Shown: positions 11,301 to 24,007 of the stretch, in pieces | How positions within the stretch are numbered: position 1 is the first letter of the stretch | Layout of the letters: each line of letters opens with the position of its first letter | Source: Escherichia coli | GTDB taxonomy: Bacteria > Pseudomonadota > Gammaproteobacteria > Enterobacterales > Enterobacteriaceae | Direction: 5' to 3' (one strand) | Length of the DNA stretch: 64,000 bases | Assembly (NCBI RefSeq): GCF_050320075.1 | Contig: NZ_CP190018.1 | Position numbers and translations under genes: made by a program | The notes under the pieces: model-generated | What the model was told of the DNA's origin: nothing | Seen by the model: only the letters and a program-made list of their open reading frames with translations | Database searches by the model: none

Positions 11301-12482
11301 TCAAGAACGGCGTTTGGTTGCGGAGTCCATCCATACTGCCAGCAACAGAATCGCACCTTTAACGATATACTGCCAGAAGGTCGGTACATCCATCATACTC
11401 ATACCGTTATCCAGTGAAGCCATGATGAATGCCCCCATTACCGCTCCGGCAACGCTTCCCACACCGCCAGCCAGACTGGTGCCGCCAATCACGCATGCGG
11501 CAATTGCGTCCAGTTCGGCGATATTTCCCGCAGAAGGTGAACCAGCGCCAAGTCGAGAACTGAGGATTAATCCGGCGATAGCGACCATTAATCCGTTAAT
11601 AGCGAATACGGCAAGTTTGGTGCGTTCAACGTTGATCCCGGAGAGACGTGCTGCTTCCAGATTGCCGCCGATGGCATAAATGCGTCGTCCAAATGCCGTC
11701 CGCGTTGCCATAAACATTCCGCCGAGTAACAGCAACGTCAGCAGCAGAACAGGAGTGGGAACGCCACGGTAATCGTTCAACAGCCAGATTGCGCCTAAGA
11801 CGATAATCGCCGTTAATGCCTGGCGACCGACAACTGCGGTAGAGGCCGGAGACTGCAAACCCAAAGCCTGACGGCGCATTCTTCCGCGCCATTGCCAGCC
11901 AACAAAAGCCATTAAGCCAAGCGCGCCAATGATGAAGCCGGTGCTGGCGGGTAGATAGCTTTGCCCGATTTGTGACATCGCGGCGCTGGTGGGGGAAACA
12001 GTCGTGCCGTTGGTGATGCCAATGAGTATGCCGCGAAATGCCAACATGCCCGCGAGGGTGACAATAAATGAAGGGACTTTGCGGTACGCGACCCACCATC
12101 CGTTCCAGGCACCGAGAAGCAGTCCCAGAACCAACGTCACAATGATGGTAAGTGGCAAAGGCCAGCCTAGCCAGACGTCACAAATCGCCGCGACGCCACC
12201 TAATAGCCCCATCATTGAGCCGACGGAAAGGTCGATTTCAGCAGAAATTATGACGAACACCATTCCTACCGCGAGGATGCCGGTAATCGCGGTCTGGCGT
12301 AACAGGTTGGAGACGTTACGAGCGCTTAAGTAGGCACCATCGGTGGTCCAGGTAAAGAACAGCATGATTGCGATGATAGCTGCAATCATCACGAAGACCT
12401 GCAAATTCAGTGACTTCAACCCGGAAAAGCCACCGGATGTCGGTACGGCCAATTTCACTTCAGACGGATTGCTTTTCGACAT
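11301..12482 (-). CDS. xylH: xylose ABC transporter permease, 393 aa
   Basis: ORF track 11301..12482; start overlaps xylG 3' end by 23 bp. Confidence 0.9.
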
Positions 12483-14001
12483 GATGTTCGCTCCTCAATG
12501 CGGCTTCCATCACCTGCTCCTGAGTCAGGTTATGATTTATCAGGTTGGCTTTTAGTTTCCCTTCATGCATCACCAGTACACGATCGCTAAGGCCGAGCAC
12601 TTCAGGTAATTCGGAAGAGATGACAATAACGGCAATACCCTGCTGGACGAGTTGGTTAATTAATTTGTAGATCTCGTATTTCGCGCCAATATCGATACCC
12701 CTGGTAGGTTCATCAAGAATGAGAATGCGCGGGTTGAGTAACAGACAGCGAGCGAGGATCGCTTTTTGCTGATTGCCGCCGCTCAAACGTCCAATAGCAA
12801 GGTCGGGGGACGACGTTTTAACTTTGAGTTGCTGGATTGATTCCAGAATACATTTTTGCTCTGCCGCGTCATCAAGCTGGCTAATACCGCCGGTAAATTT
12901 ATTGAGTGCGGCGAGGGTAATATTTTTACCAACCGCCATTACCGGAACGATGCCGTCGCGCTTTCTGTCTTCGGGGACCATCGCAATCCCCTGGGCGATG
13001 GCTTGCTGACAGTTACGAATATCTACCTGTTTGCCATCAATATAAATTTTTCCTTCCCATTGTCCGGGCCACACGCCAAACAGGCACTGAATGGTCTCGG
13101 TACGTCCGGCACCAACGAGTCCGGCAATACCCAGTATTTCGCCACGTTTCAGGGAAAACGAGACATCATTAACTCGTTTAATATGACGATTAACCGGATG
13201 CCATGCCGTCAGATGTTCAATACGTAATATTTCATCTCCGGTGGTATGTGGTTCATTAGGGTAAAGCGCGGTTAACTCTCGCCCGACCATCATGGTGATA
13301 ATATCGTCTTCACTCATTCCGGCAGCATCACGCGTACCAATGTGCTGACCGTCGCGAATAACGCAAATCGTATCGGAAATCGCTTTGACTTCGTTGAGTT
13401 TGTGCGAAATATAAATACAGGCGATACCGTGCTGTTGCAGATCGCGAATAATATCCAGTAAAACCGACGTTTCCTGCTCAGTTAATGAGGCTGTCGGTTC
13501 ATCGAGAATTAACAAACGCACCTGTTTATTAAGTGCCTTGGCAATTTCAACCAGTTGTTGTTGCCCAAGCCCTAAATCGCCAACGCGGGTATCGGGTGAA
13601 ATGGATAAACTGACCTGTGCGAGCAGCTTCTGACAGCGTAGTGTCATCAGGTCATAATCCATAATGCCATTGTGGGTTATTTCGTTACCCAGGAAGATAT
13701 TTTCCAGCACAGTCAATTCTTTCACCAGGGCCAATTCCTGGTGAATGATGGCGATACCTTTGCGTTCGGTATCGCGGATGTGACTCGCCTGAATCTCTTC
13801 TCCCGCAAAAATAATTTCGCCTTCGTAGGAGCCATGGGGATAAATACCACACAGCACTTTCATCAGCGTTGATTTACCAGACCCATTTTCCCCACAGAGT
13901 GAGACGATTTCGCCAGCATTCAACCGCAAGCTGACGTTATCAATCGCCTTCACACTGCCGAAGGTTTTGGTAATGTTCTTCATTTCAAGTAGATAAGGCA
14001 T
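12460..14001 (-). CDS. xylG: xylose ABC transporter ATP-binding protein (two ABC domains), 513 aa
   Basis: ORF track 12460..14001; Walker [10 protein letters not shown] and signature LSGGNQQK motifs. Confidence 0.9.
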
Positions 14002-14078
14002 AACGACTCCACCTAAGCCAATTCATTCACGCGGCATGGAGAGAAATCACGCCCCCGCTCCCCGCCGGGGCGTAACGC

Positions 14079-15071
14079 TTACAGCTCGCTCTCTTTGTGG
14101 AATCCGTCTTTAACTACCGTTTCTTTGATGTTGTTTTTATTCACATCGATCGGTGTCAGCAGGCGGGAGGGAACATCTTTCAGACCATTATTCAGAGTGG
14201 TATCTGCTTTTGGTTCCTGACCATTGCCCAACTCAACGGCAATTTCTGCGGCAGTATTTGCCAACAATGTAATAGGTTTATACACCGTCATAGTTTGCGT
14301 ACCGGCAGCAATACGTTTAATACCTGCGAGATCCGCATCCTGGCCGGAAATTGCTACTTTCCCTGATAAACCTTGCGCACTTAATGCCTGAATTGCCCCA
14401 CCTGCGGTGGCATCGTTTGAGGCAACTACAGCATCAATTTTGTTATTATTGGCGGTTAGCGCGTTTTCCATAATTTTCAATGCGTTTTCCGGTAACCAGC
14501 CATCAACCCATTGGTCACCAACGACTTTAATTTTTCCGGAATCAACGTAAGGTTTTAACACTTTCATTTGCCCGGCGCGGAACAGCTTGGCGTTGTTATC
14601 TACCGGCGAGCCGCCCATCAGGAAGTAATTACCTTGCGGAACAATATCGACCAGGGCTTTTGCCTGCAGTTCACCGACTTTTTCGTTATCGAAAGAAATA
14701 TAAAAATCGATATCCGCATCGTTAATCATACGGTCGTAAGCTAATACTTTAATACCTTCTTGTTTGGCTTCTTTTACAACGTTACTTAATACCTGACCGT
14801 TATACGGAATAATGACAAGAACATCGACGCCCCGGTTAATCATGTTTTCAATCTGCGACATTTGTGTTTCTTCATTGCCATTTGCAGACTGTACAAATAC
14901 TTTCGCGCCGAGAGATTCTGCCTTTTTCACAAAAATATCTCGATCTTTTTGCCAGCGTTCAAGACGGAGATCATCAATCGCCATACCTATTTTGACTTCT
15001 TTGGCGTGTGCCGCAACGTTGGTAAGCAGAAGTGAGGTGCAAAGGGTGAGTAGAATGTTCTTTATTTTCAT
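14079..15071 (-). CDS. xylF: D-xylose-binding periplasmic protein, 330 aa
   Basis: ORF track 14079..15149; start placed at ATG 15071-15069 (MKIKNILLTL... signal peptide). Confidence 0.9.
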   Translation of the reverse strand: MKIKNILLTLCTSLLLTNVAAHAKEVKIGMAIDDLRLERWQKDRDIFVKKAESLGAKVFVQSANGNEETQMSQIENMINRGVDVLVIIPYNGQVLSNVVKEAKQEGIKVLAYDRMINDADIDFYISFDNEKVGELQAKALVDIVPQGNYFLMGGSPVDNNAKLFRAGQMKVLKPYVDSGKIKVVGDQWVDGWLPENALKIMENALTANNNKIDAVVASNDATAGGAIQALSAQGLSGKVAISGQDADLAGIKRIAAGTQTMTVYKPITLLANTAAEIAVELGNGQEPKADTTLNNGLKDVPSRLLTPIDVNKNNIKETVVKDGFHKESEL

Positions 15072-15436
15072 GGTGTAGGGCCTTCTGTAGGTAGAGGACA
15101 GCTTTAATAAGTAACAATCACCGCGATAAACGTAACCAATTTTTAGCAACTAAACAGGGGAAAACAATTACAGATTTTTATCTTTCGATTACGATTTTTG
15201 GTTTATTTCTTGATTTATGACCGAGATCTTACTTTTGTTGCGCAATTGTACTTATTGCATTTTTCTCTTCGAGGAATTACCCAGTTTCCTCATTCCATTT
15301 TATTTTGCGAGCGAGCGCACACTTGTGAATTATCTCAATAGCAGTGTGAAATAACATAATTGAGCAACTGAAAGGGAGTGCCCAATATTACGACATCATC
15401 CATCACCCGCGGCATTACCTGATTATGGAGTTCAAT
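15072..15436. promoter_or_regulatory. divergent xylFGH / xylAB control region (XylR- and CRP-dependent)
   Basis: 365-bp AT-rich gap between divergent xylF and xylA starts; TGTGA half-sites at 15324-15328 and 15345-15349 are candidate CRP elements. Confidence 0.55.
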
Positions 15437-16759
15437 ATGCAAGCCTATTTTGACCAGCTCGATCGCGTTCGTTATGAAGGCTCAAAATCCTCTAACCCGT
15501 TAGCATTCCATCACTATAATCCCGACGAACTGGTGTTGGGCAAGCGTATGGAAGAGCACTTGCGTTTTGCCGCCTGCTACTGGCACACCTTCTGCTGGAA
15601 CGGGGCGGACATGTTTGGTGTGGGGGCGTTTAATCGTCCGTGGCAGCAGCCTGGTGAGGCACTGGCGTTGGCGAAGCGTAAAGCAGATGTCGCATTTGAG
15701 TTTTTCCACAAGTTACATGTGCCATTTTATTGCTTCCACGACGTGGATGTTTCCCCTGAGGGCGCGTCGTTAAAAGAGTACATCAATAATTTTGCGCAAA
15801 TGGTTGATGTCCTGGCAGGCAAGCAAGAAGAGAGCGGCGTGAAGCTGCTGTGGGGAACCGCTAACTGCTTTACAAACCCTCGCTACGGCGCGGGTGCGGC
15901 GACGAACCCAGATCCAGAAGTCTTCAGCTGGGCGGCAACGCAAGTTGTTACAGCGATGGAAGCAACCCATAAATTGGGCGGTGAAAACTATGTCCTGTGG
16001 GGCGGTCGTGAAGGTTACGAAACGTTGTTAAATACCGACTTGCGTCAGGAGCGTGAACAGCTGGGCCGCTTTATGCAAATGGTGGTTGAGCATAAACATA
16101 AAATCGGCTTTCAGGGTACGTTGCTTATCGAACCGAAACCGCAAGAACCGACCAAACATCAATATGATTACGATGCTGCGACAGTCTATGGCTTCCTGAA
16201 ACAGTTTGGTCTGGAAAAAGAGATTAAACTGAACATTGAAGCTAACCACGCGACGCTGGCAGGTCACTCTTTCCATCATGAAATAGCCACCGCCATTGCG
16301 CTTGGCCTGTTCGGTTCTGTCGACGCTAACCGTGGCGATGCACAACTGGGCTGGGACACCGACCAGTTCCCGAACAGTGTGGAAGAGAATGCGTTGGTGA
16401 TGTATGAAATTCTCAAAGCAGGCGGTTTCACCACCGGCGGTCTGAACTTCGATGCCAAAGTACGTCGTCAAAGTACTGATAAATATGATCTGTTTTACGG
16501 TCATATCGGCGCGATGGATACGATGGCGTTGGCGCTGAAAATTGCAGCACGCATGATTGAAGATGGCGAGCTGGATAAACGCATCGCGCAGCGTTATTCC
16601 GGCTGGAATAGCGAATTAGGCCAGCAAATCCTGAAAGGCCAAATGTCACTGGCAGATTTAGCCAAATATGCTCAGGAACACAATTTGTCTCCGGTGCATC
16701 AGAGTGGTCGCCAGGAGCAACTGGAAAATCTGGTAAACCATTATCTGTTCGACAAATAA
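15437..16759 (+). CDS. xylA: xylose isomerase, 440 aa
   Basis: ORF track 15425..16759; start at ATG 15437 ([15 protein letters not shown]...). Confidence 0.95.
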   Translation: MQAYFDQLDRVRYEGSKSSNPLAFHHYNPDELVLGKRMEEHLRFAACYWHTFCWNGADMFGVGAFNRPWQQPGEALALAKRKADVAFEFFHKLHVPFYCFHDVDVSPEGASLKEYINNFAQMVDVLAGKQEESGVKLLWGTANCFTNPRYGAGAATNPDPEVFSWAATQVVTAMEATHKLGGENYVLWGGREGYETLLNTDLRQEREQLGRFMQMVVEHKHKIGFQGTLLIEPKPQEPTKHQYDYDAATVYGFLKQFGLEKEIKLNIEANHATLAGHSFHHEIATAIALGLFGSVDANRGDAQLGWDTDQFPNSVEENALVMYEILKAGGFTTGGLNFDAKVRRQSTDKYDLFYGHIGAMDTMALALKIAARMIEDGELDKRIAQRYSGWNSELGQQILKGQMSLADLAKYAQEHNLSPVHQSGRQEQLENLVNHYLFDK

Positions 16760-16830
16760 CGGCTAACTGTGCAGTCCGTTGGCCCGGTTATCGGTAGCGA
16801 TACCGGGCATTTTTTTAAGGAACGATCGAT

Positions 16831-18285
16831 ATGTATATCGGGATAGATCTTGGCACCTCGGGCGTAAAAGTTATTTTGCTCAACGAGCAGGGCGAGGTGG
16901 TTGCTGCGCAAACGGAAAAGCTGACCGTTTCGCGCCCGCATCCACTCTGGTCGGAACAAGACCCGGAACAGTGGTGGCAGGCAACTGATCGCGCAATGAA
17001 AGCCCTGGGCGATCAGCATTCTCTGCAGGACGTTAAAGCATTGGGTATTGCCGGCCAGATGCACGGTGCAACCTTACTGGATGCCCAGCAACGGTTATTA
17101 CGCCCTGCCATTTTGTGGAACGACGGGCGCTGTGCGCAAGAGTGCGCTTTGCTGGAAGCGCGAGTTCCGCAATCGCGGGTGATTACCGGTAACCTGATGA
17201 TGCCCGGATTTACTGCGCCTAAATTGCTATGGGTTCAGCGGCATGAGCCGGAGATATTCCGTCAAATCGACAAAGTATTGTTACCGAAAGATTACTTGCG
17301 TCTGCGTATGACGGGGGAGTTTGCCAGCGATATGTCTGACGCAGCTGGCACCATGTGGCTGGATGTCGCAAAGCGTGACTGGAGTGACGACATGCTGCAG
17401 GCTTGCCACTTATCTCGTGACCAGATGCCCGCATTATACGAAGGCAGCGAAATTACTGGTGCTTTGCTACCTGAAGTTGCGAAAGCGTGGGGTATGGCGG
17501 CGGTGCCAGTTGTCGCAGGCGGTGGTGATAATGCAGCTGGTGCGGTTGGTGTAGGAATGGTTGATGCTAATCAGGCAATGTTATCGCTGGGGACGTCGGG
17601 AGTCTATTTTGCTGTCAGCGAAGGGTTCTTAAGCAAGCCAGAAAGCGCCGTACACAGCTTTTGCCATGCGCTACCGCAGCGTTGGCATTTAATGTCTGTG
17701 ATGCTGAGTGCAGCGTCGTGTCTGGATTGGGCTGCGAAATTAACGGGCCTGAACAATGTCCCAGCTTTAATCGCGGCTGCTCAACAGGCTGATGAAAGTG
17801 CCGAGCCAGTTTGGTTTCTGCCTTATCTTTCCGGCGAGCGTACACCACACAATAATCCCCAGGCGAAGGGGGTTTTCTTTGGTTTGACTCATCAACATGG
17901 CCCCAATGAACTGGCGCGAGCAGTGCTGGAAGGCGTGGGTTATGCGCTGGCAGATGGCATGGATGTCGTGCATGCCTGCGGCATTAAACCGCAAAGTGTT
18001 ACGTTGATTGGTGGCGGGGCGCGTAGTGAGTACTGGCGTCAGATGCTGACGGATATCAGCGGTCAGCAACTCGATTACCGCACGGGGGGGGATGTGGGGC
18101 CAGCACTGGGCGCAGCAAGGCTGGCGCAGATTGCGGCGAATCCAGAGAAATCGCTCATTGAGTTGTTGCCACAACTGCCGTTAGAACAGTCGCATCTACC
18201 AGATGCGCAGCGTTATGCCGCTTATCAGCCACGACGAGAAACGTTCCGTCGCCTCTATCAGCAACTTCTGCCATTAATGGCGTAA
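16831..18285 (+). CDS. xylB: xylulokinase, 484 aa
   Basis: ORF track 16831..18285; FGGY kinase N-terminus MYIGIDLGTSGVK. Confidence 0.95.
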   Translation: MYIGIDLGTSGVKVILLNEQGEVVAAQTEKLTVSRPHPLWSEQDPEQWWQATDRAMKALGDQHSLQDVKALGIAGQMHGATLLDAQQRLLRPAILWNDGRCAQECALLEARVPQSRVITGNLMMPGFTAPKLLWVQRHEPEIFRQIDKVLLPKDYLRLRMTGEFASDMSDAAGTMWLDVAKRDWSDDMLQACHLSRDQMPALYEGSEITGALLPEVAKAWGMAAVPVVAGGGDNAAGAVGVGMVDANQAMLSLGTSGVYFAVSEGFLSKPESAVHSFCHALPQRWHLMSVMLSAASCLDWAAKLTGLNNVPALIAAAQQADESAEPVWFLPYLSGERTPHNNPQAKGVFFGLTHQHGPNELARAVLEGVGYALADGMDVVHACGIKPQSVTLIGGGARSEYWRQMLTDISGQQLDYRTGGDVGPALGAARLAQIAANPEKSLIELLPQLPLEQSHLPDAQRYAAYQPRRETFRRLYQQLLPLMA

Positions 18286-18381
18286 ACGTTATCCCCTGCC
18301 TGACCGGGTGGGGGATAATTCACATCTATATATATCAGTAATTAATTAATATTTAGTATGAATTTAGGTAATGACTCCAAC

Positions 18382-18885
18382 TTACTGATAGTGTTTTATG
18401 TTCAGATAATGCCCGATGACTTTGTCATGCAGCTCCACCGATTTTGAGAACGACAGTGACTTCCGTCCCAGCCTTGCCAGATGTTGTCTCAGATTCAGGT
18501 TATGTCGCTCAATGCGCTGAGTGTAACGCTTGCTGATTACGTGCAGCTTTCCCTTCAGGCGGGATTCATACAGCGGCCAGCCATCCGTCATCCATACCAC
18601 GACCTCAAAGGCCGACAGCAGGCTCAGAAGACGCTCCAGTGTGGCCAGAGTGCGTTCACCGAAGACGTGCGCCACAACCGTCCTCCGTATCCTGTCATAC
18701 GCGTAAAACAGCCAGCGCTGACGTGATTTAGCACCGACGTAGCCCCACTGTTCGTCCATTTCAGCGCAGACAATCACATCACTGCCCGGCTGTATGCGCG
18801 AGGTTACCGACTGCGGCCTGAGTTTTTTAAGTGACGTAAAATCGTGTTGAGGCCAACGCCCATAATGCGGGCGGTTGCCCGGCAT
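18382..18885 (-). CDS. insB: IS1 InsB (transposase catalytic part, normally expressed as InsAB by -1 frameshift), 167 aa
   Basis: ORF track 18382..18885; overlaps insA 3' end in -1 frame. Confidence 0.9.
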   Translation of the reverse strand: MPGNRPHYGRWPQHDFTSLKKLRPQSVTSRIQPGSDVIVCAEMDEQWGYVGAKSRQRWLFYAYDRIRRTVVAHVFGERTLATLERLLSLLSAFEVVVWMTDGWPLYESRLKGKLHVISKRYTQRIERHNLNLRQHLARLGRKSLSFSKSVELHDKVIGHYLNIKHYQ

Positions 18886-19079
18886 CCAACACCATTCATG
18901 GCCATATCAATGATTTTCTGGTGTGTACCGGGTTGAGAAGCGGTGTAAGTGAACTGCAGTTGCCATGTTTTACGGCAGTGAGAGCAGAGATAGCGCTGAT
19001 GTCCGGCAGTACTTTTACCGTTACGCACCACGCCTTCAGTAGCTGAGCAGGAGGGACAACTGATGGAGATGGAAGCCAC
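18804..19079 (-). CDS. insA: IS1 InsA, 91 aa
   Basis: ORF track 18804..19079; [30 protein letters not shown]... zinc-finger/HTH InsA. Confidence 0.9.
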   Translation of the reverse strand: MASISISCPSCSATEGVVRNGKSTAGHQRYLCSHCRKTWQLQFTYTASQPGTHQKIIDMAMNGVGCRATARIMGVGLNTILRHLKNSGRSR

Positions 19080-19146
19080 GGGAGCACCTCAAAAACACCA
19101 TCATACACTAAATCAGTAAGTTGGCACCATTACCCCGGGCTTTTAT

Positions 19147-20142
19147 TTAACTCACTAGTCTGTTTCTGTCGATTCGTTGTACCAGCATAGAAAGTAACAA
19201 ACTCGCTGCCAACGTCGCGCAAAAGATCCAAATAATATCGAGTATTGGCCAGTTTTTAAGCTCAATCCCCCGGGTGCGCAGTGCATGGATAATCAAGGCG
19301 TGGAATCCGTATATACCCAACGAATGGCGGGAGATTAAGCCAAGTCCGCGAACGGTACGCGTATCAAGCGTGTTTTTAACCAGAGTCAATAGCGTGATTG
19401 CGCAGATAAAAACCATCGGCCCACAGTAAAGATACCAGGTATCGGCAAAATTTCCGCGCCACTGCAATTCATATAATGTCCCGCGAGAGATAATAAAAAC
19501 CCCCGTCGCAAACAGTGCGGCGCTCCCCCACGACAGTGCTTTATGCTGTGTGTCCATCATCCCTATAGCGCGGCCCAACATGCCATAAAGGATGTAGTAA
19601 AAAGTATCGCCATTGATATATAAGTTAATTGGCAGCCATTCAAAACCGTCAATTTTCTGCGGCACTGTGTTTGGGTTAGCGATAATACCAATCACCACCA
19701 TTAGCACCAGCAACATTTTTCCGCCGACGTTCTTCACCTGAATCAGCGGTGAAACCAGATAAATCACCGCAATCGCGAAGAAAAACCACAAGTGGTAAAA
19801 CACTGGCTTTTGCAGCAGGTTTTTCAGCGCTAACTCCACATTGATGGAGGTAGACAGCGCAATGTAGAGCAGTGCGATTGCGCTATAAAAAAGCAGACAT
19901 AAGCCGATACGTAAAAAATGGCGCGGCTGGGCGCTGCGTTCGCCAAAAAAGAGATAGCCGGAAATCATGAAAAATAGCGGCACGCTGACACGAGAGGCAG
20001 AATTCAGAACATTGGCGATATCCCAGGTGACGGGGCTAACACTATGAGCATTGGTCACATACCAGGTAGTGGTGTGAATCATCACCACCATTAAACACGC
20101 TATCCCTCGCAGGTTATCAATCCAGTAAATTTTGGGCTGCAT
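19147..20142 (-). CDS. wecH: membrane O-acetyltransferase for enterobacterial common antigen (acyltransferase-3 family), 331 aa
   Basis: ORF track 19147..20142; multi-TM acyltransferase; stop codon 12 bp from IS1 end. Confidence 0.85.
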   Translation of the reverse strand: MQPKIYWIDNLRGIACLMVVMIHTTTWYVTNAHSVSPVTWDIANVLNSASRVSVPLFFMISGYLFFGERSAQPRHFLRIGLCLLFYSAIALLYIALSTSINVELALKNLLQKPVFYHLWFFFAIAVIYLVSPLIQVKNVGGKMLLVLMVVIGIIANPNTVPQKIDGFEWLPINLYINGDTFYYILYGMLGRAIGMMDTQHKALSWGSAALFATGVFIISRGTLYELQWRGNFADTWYLYCGPMVFICAITLLTLVKNTLDTRTVRGLGLISRHSLGIYGFHALIIHALRTRGIELKNWPILDIIWIFCATLAASLLLSMLVQRIDRNRLVS

Positions 20143-20316
20143 CTGTGTCTCTGTATCTGGTTAAAAAAAGTCTGACCGATAAATCATTCGGTTGGCGCAC
20201 TGGAATAATCTGAGTTTTATCACTACAGCTTATAGAGGCTTAAGGAAATTCGTAAGATATCAGCCACTATACCGATATAAATAATAAGACTCACCTGCAA
20301 ACCAGACGGTAATTTA

Positions 20317-20625
20317 ATGATGATGAACTCTTTCTTTCCGGCAATGGCGCTTATGGTGCTTATGGCGCTAGTGGGTTGTTCTACACCGCCACCCGTGCAG
20401 AAAGCACAACGGGTAAAGGTTGATCCTCTGCGTTCGTTGAATATGGAAGCGTTATGCAAGGATCAGGCGGCAAAACGTTATAACACCGGCGAGCAAAAAA
20501 TCGACGTCACTGCTTTTGAACAATTTCAGGTAAGCTATGAAATGCGCGGTTATACCTTCCGTAAAGAGCAGTTTGTCTGTTCTTTTGACGCAGATGGCCA
20601 TTTTTTGCATCTTTCCATGCGTTAA
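20317..20625 (+). CDS. ysaB: small lipoprotein (lipobox LVGC), about 99-102 aa
   Basis: ORF track 20317..20625; three consecutive ATG codons, exact start uncertain. Confidence 0.7.
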   Translation: MMMNSFFPAMALMVLMALVGCSTPPPVQKAQRVKVDPLRSLNMEALCKDQAAKRYNTGEQKIDVTAFEQFQVSYEMRGYTFRKEQFVCSFDADGHFLHLSMR

Positions 20626-20719
20626 GCCCTGCTTTTTCCCGTTTCGTACTGTATATCTTCCATCCAGCGGGTATACTGATCCCTTCCTTTAAATCCACAC
20701 GTATCCAGCACGAAATAAT

Positions 20720-21631
20720 ATGCAAAAGTTTGATACCAGGACCTTCCAGGGCTTGATCCTGACCTTACAGGATTACTGGGCTCGCCAGGGCTGCACCATT
20801 GTTCAACCATTGGACATGGAAGTCGGCGCGGGAACCTCTCACCCAATGACCTGTCTGCGCGCGCTGGGGCCAGAACCGATGGCGGCTGCTTATGTTCAGC
20901 CTTCTCGTCGCCCGACCGATGGTCGCTACGGCGAAAACCCCAACCGTTTACAGCACTACTATCAGTTCCAGGTGGTCATTAAGCCATCGCCGGACAATAT
21001 TCAGGAGCTGTACCTTGGTTCTCTGAAAGAGCTGGGCATGGACCCGACCATCCACGACATCCGTTTCGTGGAAGATAACTGGGAAAACCCGACGCTGGGT
21101 GCCTGGGGGCTGGGCTGGGAAGTGTGGCTGAACGGCATGGAAGTGACGCAGTTCACTTACTTCCAGCAGGTTGGTGGTCTGGAGTGTAAACCGGTTACCG
21201 GCGAGATCACCTACGGTCTGGAACGTCTGGCAATGTACATTCAGGGCGTAGACAGCGTTTACGACCTGGTCTGGAGCGACGGCCCGCTGGGTAAAACCAC
21301 CTACGGCGACGTGTTCCATCAGAACGAAGTGGAGCAGTCCACTTACAACTTCGAATACGCGGATGTGGACTTCCTGTTCACCTGCTTTGAGCAGTACGAG
21401 AAAGAAGCGCAGCAGCTGCTGGCGCTGGAAAATCCGCTGCCGCTGCCAGCCTACGAGCGTATTCTGAAAGCCGCCCACAGCTTCAACCTGCTGGATGCGC
21501 GTAAAGCCATCTCCGTCACCGAGCGTCAGCGCTACATTCTGCGAATTCGCACCCTGACCAAAGCAGTGGCTGAAGCATACTACGCTTCCCGTGAAGCCCT
21601 CGGCTTCCCGATGTGCAACAAAGATAAGTAA
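20720..21631 (+). CDS. glyQ: glycine--tRNA ligase alpha subunit, 303 aa
   Basis: ORF track 20720..21631; highly conserved GlyQ sequence. Confidence 0.95.
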
Positions 21632-21640
21632 GAGGCGGCT

Positions 21641-23710
21641 ATGTCTGAGAAAACTTTTCTGGTGGAAATCGGCACTGAAGAGCTGCCACCAAAAGCACTG
21701 CGCAGCCTGGCTGAGTCCTTTGCTGCGAACTTCACTGCGGAGCTGGATAACGCCGGCCTCGCACACGGCACCGTTCAATGGTTTGCTGCTCCGCGTCGTC
21801 TGGCGCTGAAAGTAGCTAACCTGGCGGAAGCGCAACCGGATCGTGAAATCGAAAAACGCGGCCCGGCGATTGCTCAGGCGTTCGACGCTGAAGGCAAACC
21901 GAGCAAAGCGGCAGAAGGCTGGGCGCGTGGTTGCGGTATTACCGTAGACCAGGCTGAGCGTCTGACTACCGATAAAGGTGAATGGCTGCTGTATCGCGCC
22001 CACGTGAAGGGCGAAAGCACCGAAGCACTGCTGCCGAATATGGTTGCGACTTCGCTGGCGAAACTGCCGATCCCGAAACTGATGCGCTGGGGCGCAAGCG
22101 ACGTGCACTTCGTGCGTCCGGTGCACACCGTGACCCTGCTGCTGGGCGACAAAGTCATTCCGGCTACCATTCTGGGCATTCAGTCCGATCGCGTGATTCG
22201 CGGCCACCGCTTTATGGGCGAGCCGGAATTCACTATCGACGATGCCGATCAGTATCCGGAAATTCTGCGTGAGCGCGGTAAAGTCATCGCCGATTACGAA
22301 GAACGTAAAGCGAAGATTAAAGCCGATGCTGAAGAAGCGGCGCGTAAGATTGGCGGTAACGCTGACTTAAGCGAAAGCCTGTTGGAAGAAGTCGCTTCGC
22401 TGGTGGAATGGCCGGCTGTGCTGACCGCAAAATTCGAAGAGAAATTCCTCGCGGTGCCGTCTGAAGCGCTGGTTTACACCATGAAAGGTGACCAGAAGTA
22501 CTTCCCGGTGTATGCGAACGACGGCAAACTTCTGCCGAACTTTATCTTCGTTGCCAACATCGAATCGAAAGATCCGCAGCAGATTATCTCCGGTAACGAG
22601 AAAGTCGTTCGTCCACGTCTGGCGGATGCTGAGTTCTTCTTCAATACCGACCGTAAAAAACGTCTGGAAGATAACCTGCCGCGCCTGCAAACCGTGCTGT
22701 TCCAGCAACAGCTGGGTACACTGCGTGACAAAACTGACCGCATCCAGGCACTGGCTGGCTGGATTGCTGAACAGATTGGCGCTGACGTTAACCATGCTAC
22801 CCGTGCGGGCCTGCTGTCTAAGTGCGACCTGATGACCAACATGGTCTTCGAGTTCACCGACACCCAGGGCGTTATGGGGATGCACTACGCGCGTCACGAT
22901 GGCGAAGCGGAAGATGTTGCAGTGGCGCTGAACGAGCAGTATCAGCCGCGCTTTGCCGGTGATGACCTGCCGTCTAGCCCGGTAGCCTGTGCGCTGGCGA
23001 TTGCTGACAAGATGGATACTCTGGCGGGTATCTTCGGTATCGGCCAGCATCCGAAAGGCGACAAAGACCCGTTTGCGTTGCGTCGTGCCGCACTTGGCGT
23101 ACTGCGTATTATCGTTGAGAAGAACCTCAACCTTGATCTGCAAACGCTGACCGAAGAAGCAGTGCGTCTGTATGGCGATAAGCTGACTAATGCCAACGTG
23201 GTTGATGATGTTATCGACTTTATGCTCGGTCGCTTCCGCGCCTGGTATCAGGACGAAGGTTACACCGTTGACACAATCCAGGCGGTACTGGCACGTCGTC
23301 CGACGCGTCCGGCAGATTTTGATGCCCGTATGAAGGCAGTATCGCACTTCCGTACTCTGGATGCGGCAGCGTCACTGGCGGCGGCAAACAAGCGTGTATC
23401 TAACATTCTGGCGAAGTCTGACGAAGTGCTGAGCGATCGCGTGAATGCTTCTACTCTGAAAGAGCCGGAAGAAATTAAACTGGCGATGCAGGTGGTTGTG
23501 CTGCGCGATAAACTGGAGCCGTACTTTGCTGAAGGTCGTTACCAGGATGCGCTGGTCGAACTGGCAGAGCTGCGTGAGCCAGTTGATGCTTTCTTCGATA
23601 AAGTGATGGTCATGGTTGATGACAAAGAATTGCGTCTCAACCGTCTGACCATGCTGGAGAAACTGCGCGAACTGTTCCTGCGAGTTGCGGATATTTCGCT
23701 GTTGCAGTAA
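21641..23710 (+). CDS. glyS: glycine--tRNA ligase beta subunit, 689 aa
   Basis: ORF track 21641..23710; starts 9 bp after glyQ stop. Confidence 0.95.
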   Translation: MSEKTFLVEIGTEELPPKALRSLAESFAANFTAELDNAGLAHGTVQWFAAPRRLALKVANLAEAQPDREIEKRGPAIAQAFDAEGKPSKAAEGWARGCGITVDQAERLTTDKGEWLLYRAHVKGESTEALLPNMVATSLAKLPIPKLMRWGASDVHFVRPVHTVTLLLGDKVIPATILGIQSDRVIRGHRFMGEPEFTIDDADQYPEILRERGKVIADYEERKAKIKADAEEAARKIGGNADLSESLLEEVASLVEWPAVLTAKFEEKFLAVPSEALVYTMKGDQKYFPVYANDGKLLPNFIFVANIESKDPQQIISGNEKVVRPRLADAEFFFNTDRKKRLEDNLPRLQTVLFQQQLGTLRDKTDRIQALAGWIAEQIGADVNHATRAGLLSKCDLMTNMVFEFTDTQGVMGMHYARHDGEAEDVAVALNEQYQPRFAGDDLPSSPVACALAIADKMDTLAGIFGIGQHPKGDKDPFALRRAALGVLRIIVEKNLNLDLQTLTEEAVRLYGDKLTNANVVDDVIDFMLGRFRAWYQDEGYTVDTIQAVLARRPTRPADFDARMKAVSHFRTLDAAASLAAANKRVSNILAKSDEVLSDRVNASTLKEPEEIKLAMQVVVLRDKLEPYFAEGRYQDALVELAELREPVDAFFDKVMVMVDDKELRLNRLTMLEKLRELFLRVADISLLQ

Positions 23711-23723
23711 TAACGTCGTTATT

Positions 23724-23754
23724 AAAAAGCCTGCCATCTGGCAGGCTTTTTTTA
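23724..23754 (+). terminator. rho-independent terminator of glyQS
   Basis: AAAAAGCCTGCCATCTGGCAGGCTTTTTTT hairpin plus T-run 14 bp after glyS stop. Confidence 0.8.
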
Positions 23755-24007
23755 TCGCTAAATAATACAGCAACCTTTAATAATCTTCTGATGAATAAAG
23801 ATTATCTCATATATTAATTTTATGAGATTTTTTTAGGATTATATCAAGGAGAAGAAACGAACTTATTAAGCTAGAATAGCCACGGGTGCTTGAGACTGTT
23901 TGTCTCAGGTATTCACCGAAAGGCAGACAGAGAAAAGCCCCACCTGACTATAAATCAAAGTGTACTGCACCCATTTTGTTGGACGATGAAATGGAATAGC
24001 CCCTAAT

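Larger units (their letters stand above)
18367..19134 (-). mobile_element. IS1 insertion sequence, 768 bp
   Basis: Terminal inverted repeats GGTAATGACTCCAACTTACTGAT (from 18367) and ATCAGTAAGTTGGCACCATTACC (to 19134); carries insA and insB; flanking 9-mers ATGAATTTA and CCGGGCTTT are not a direct repeat. Confidence 0.9.

Noticed and set aside
16028-16504. 158-aa minus-strand ORF
   Set aside because: Antisense to xylA.
20948-22207. 419-aa minus-strand ORF
   Set aside because: Antisense shadow ORF lying entirely inside glyQ/glyS, which are unambiguous conserved genes on the plus strand; low-complexity Arg/Gln/Phe-rich product.
22367-23347. 326-aa minus-strand ORF
   Set aside because: Antisense to glyS; same reasoning as above.
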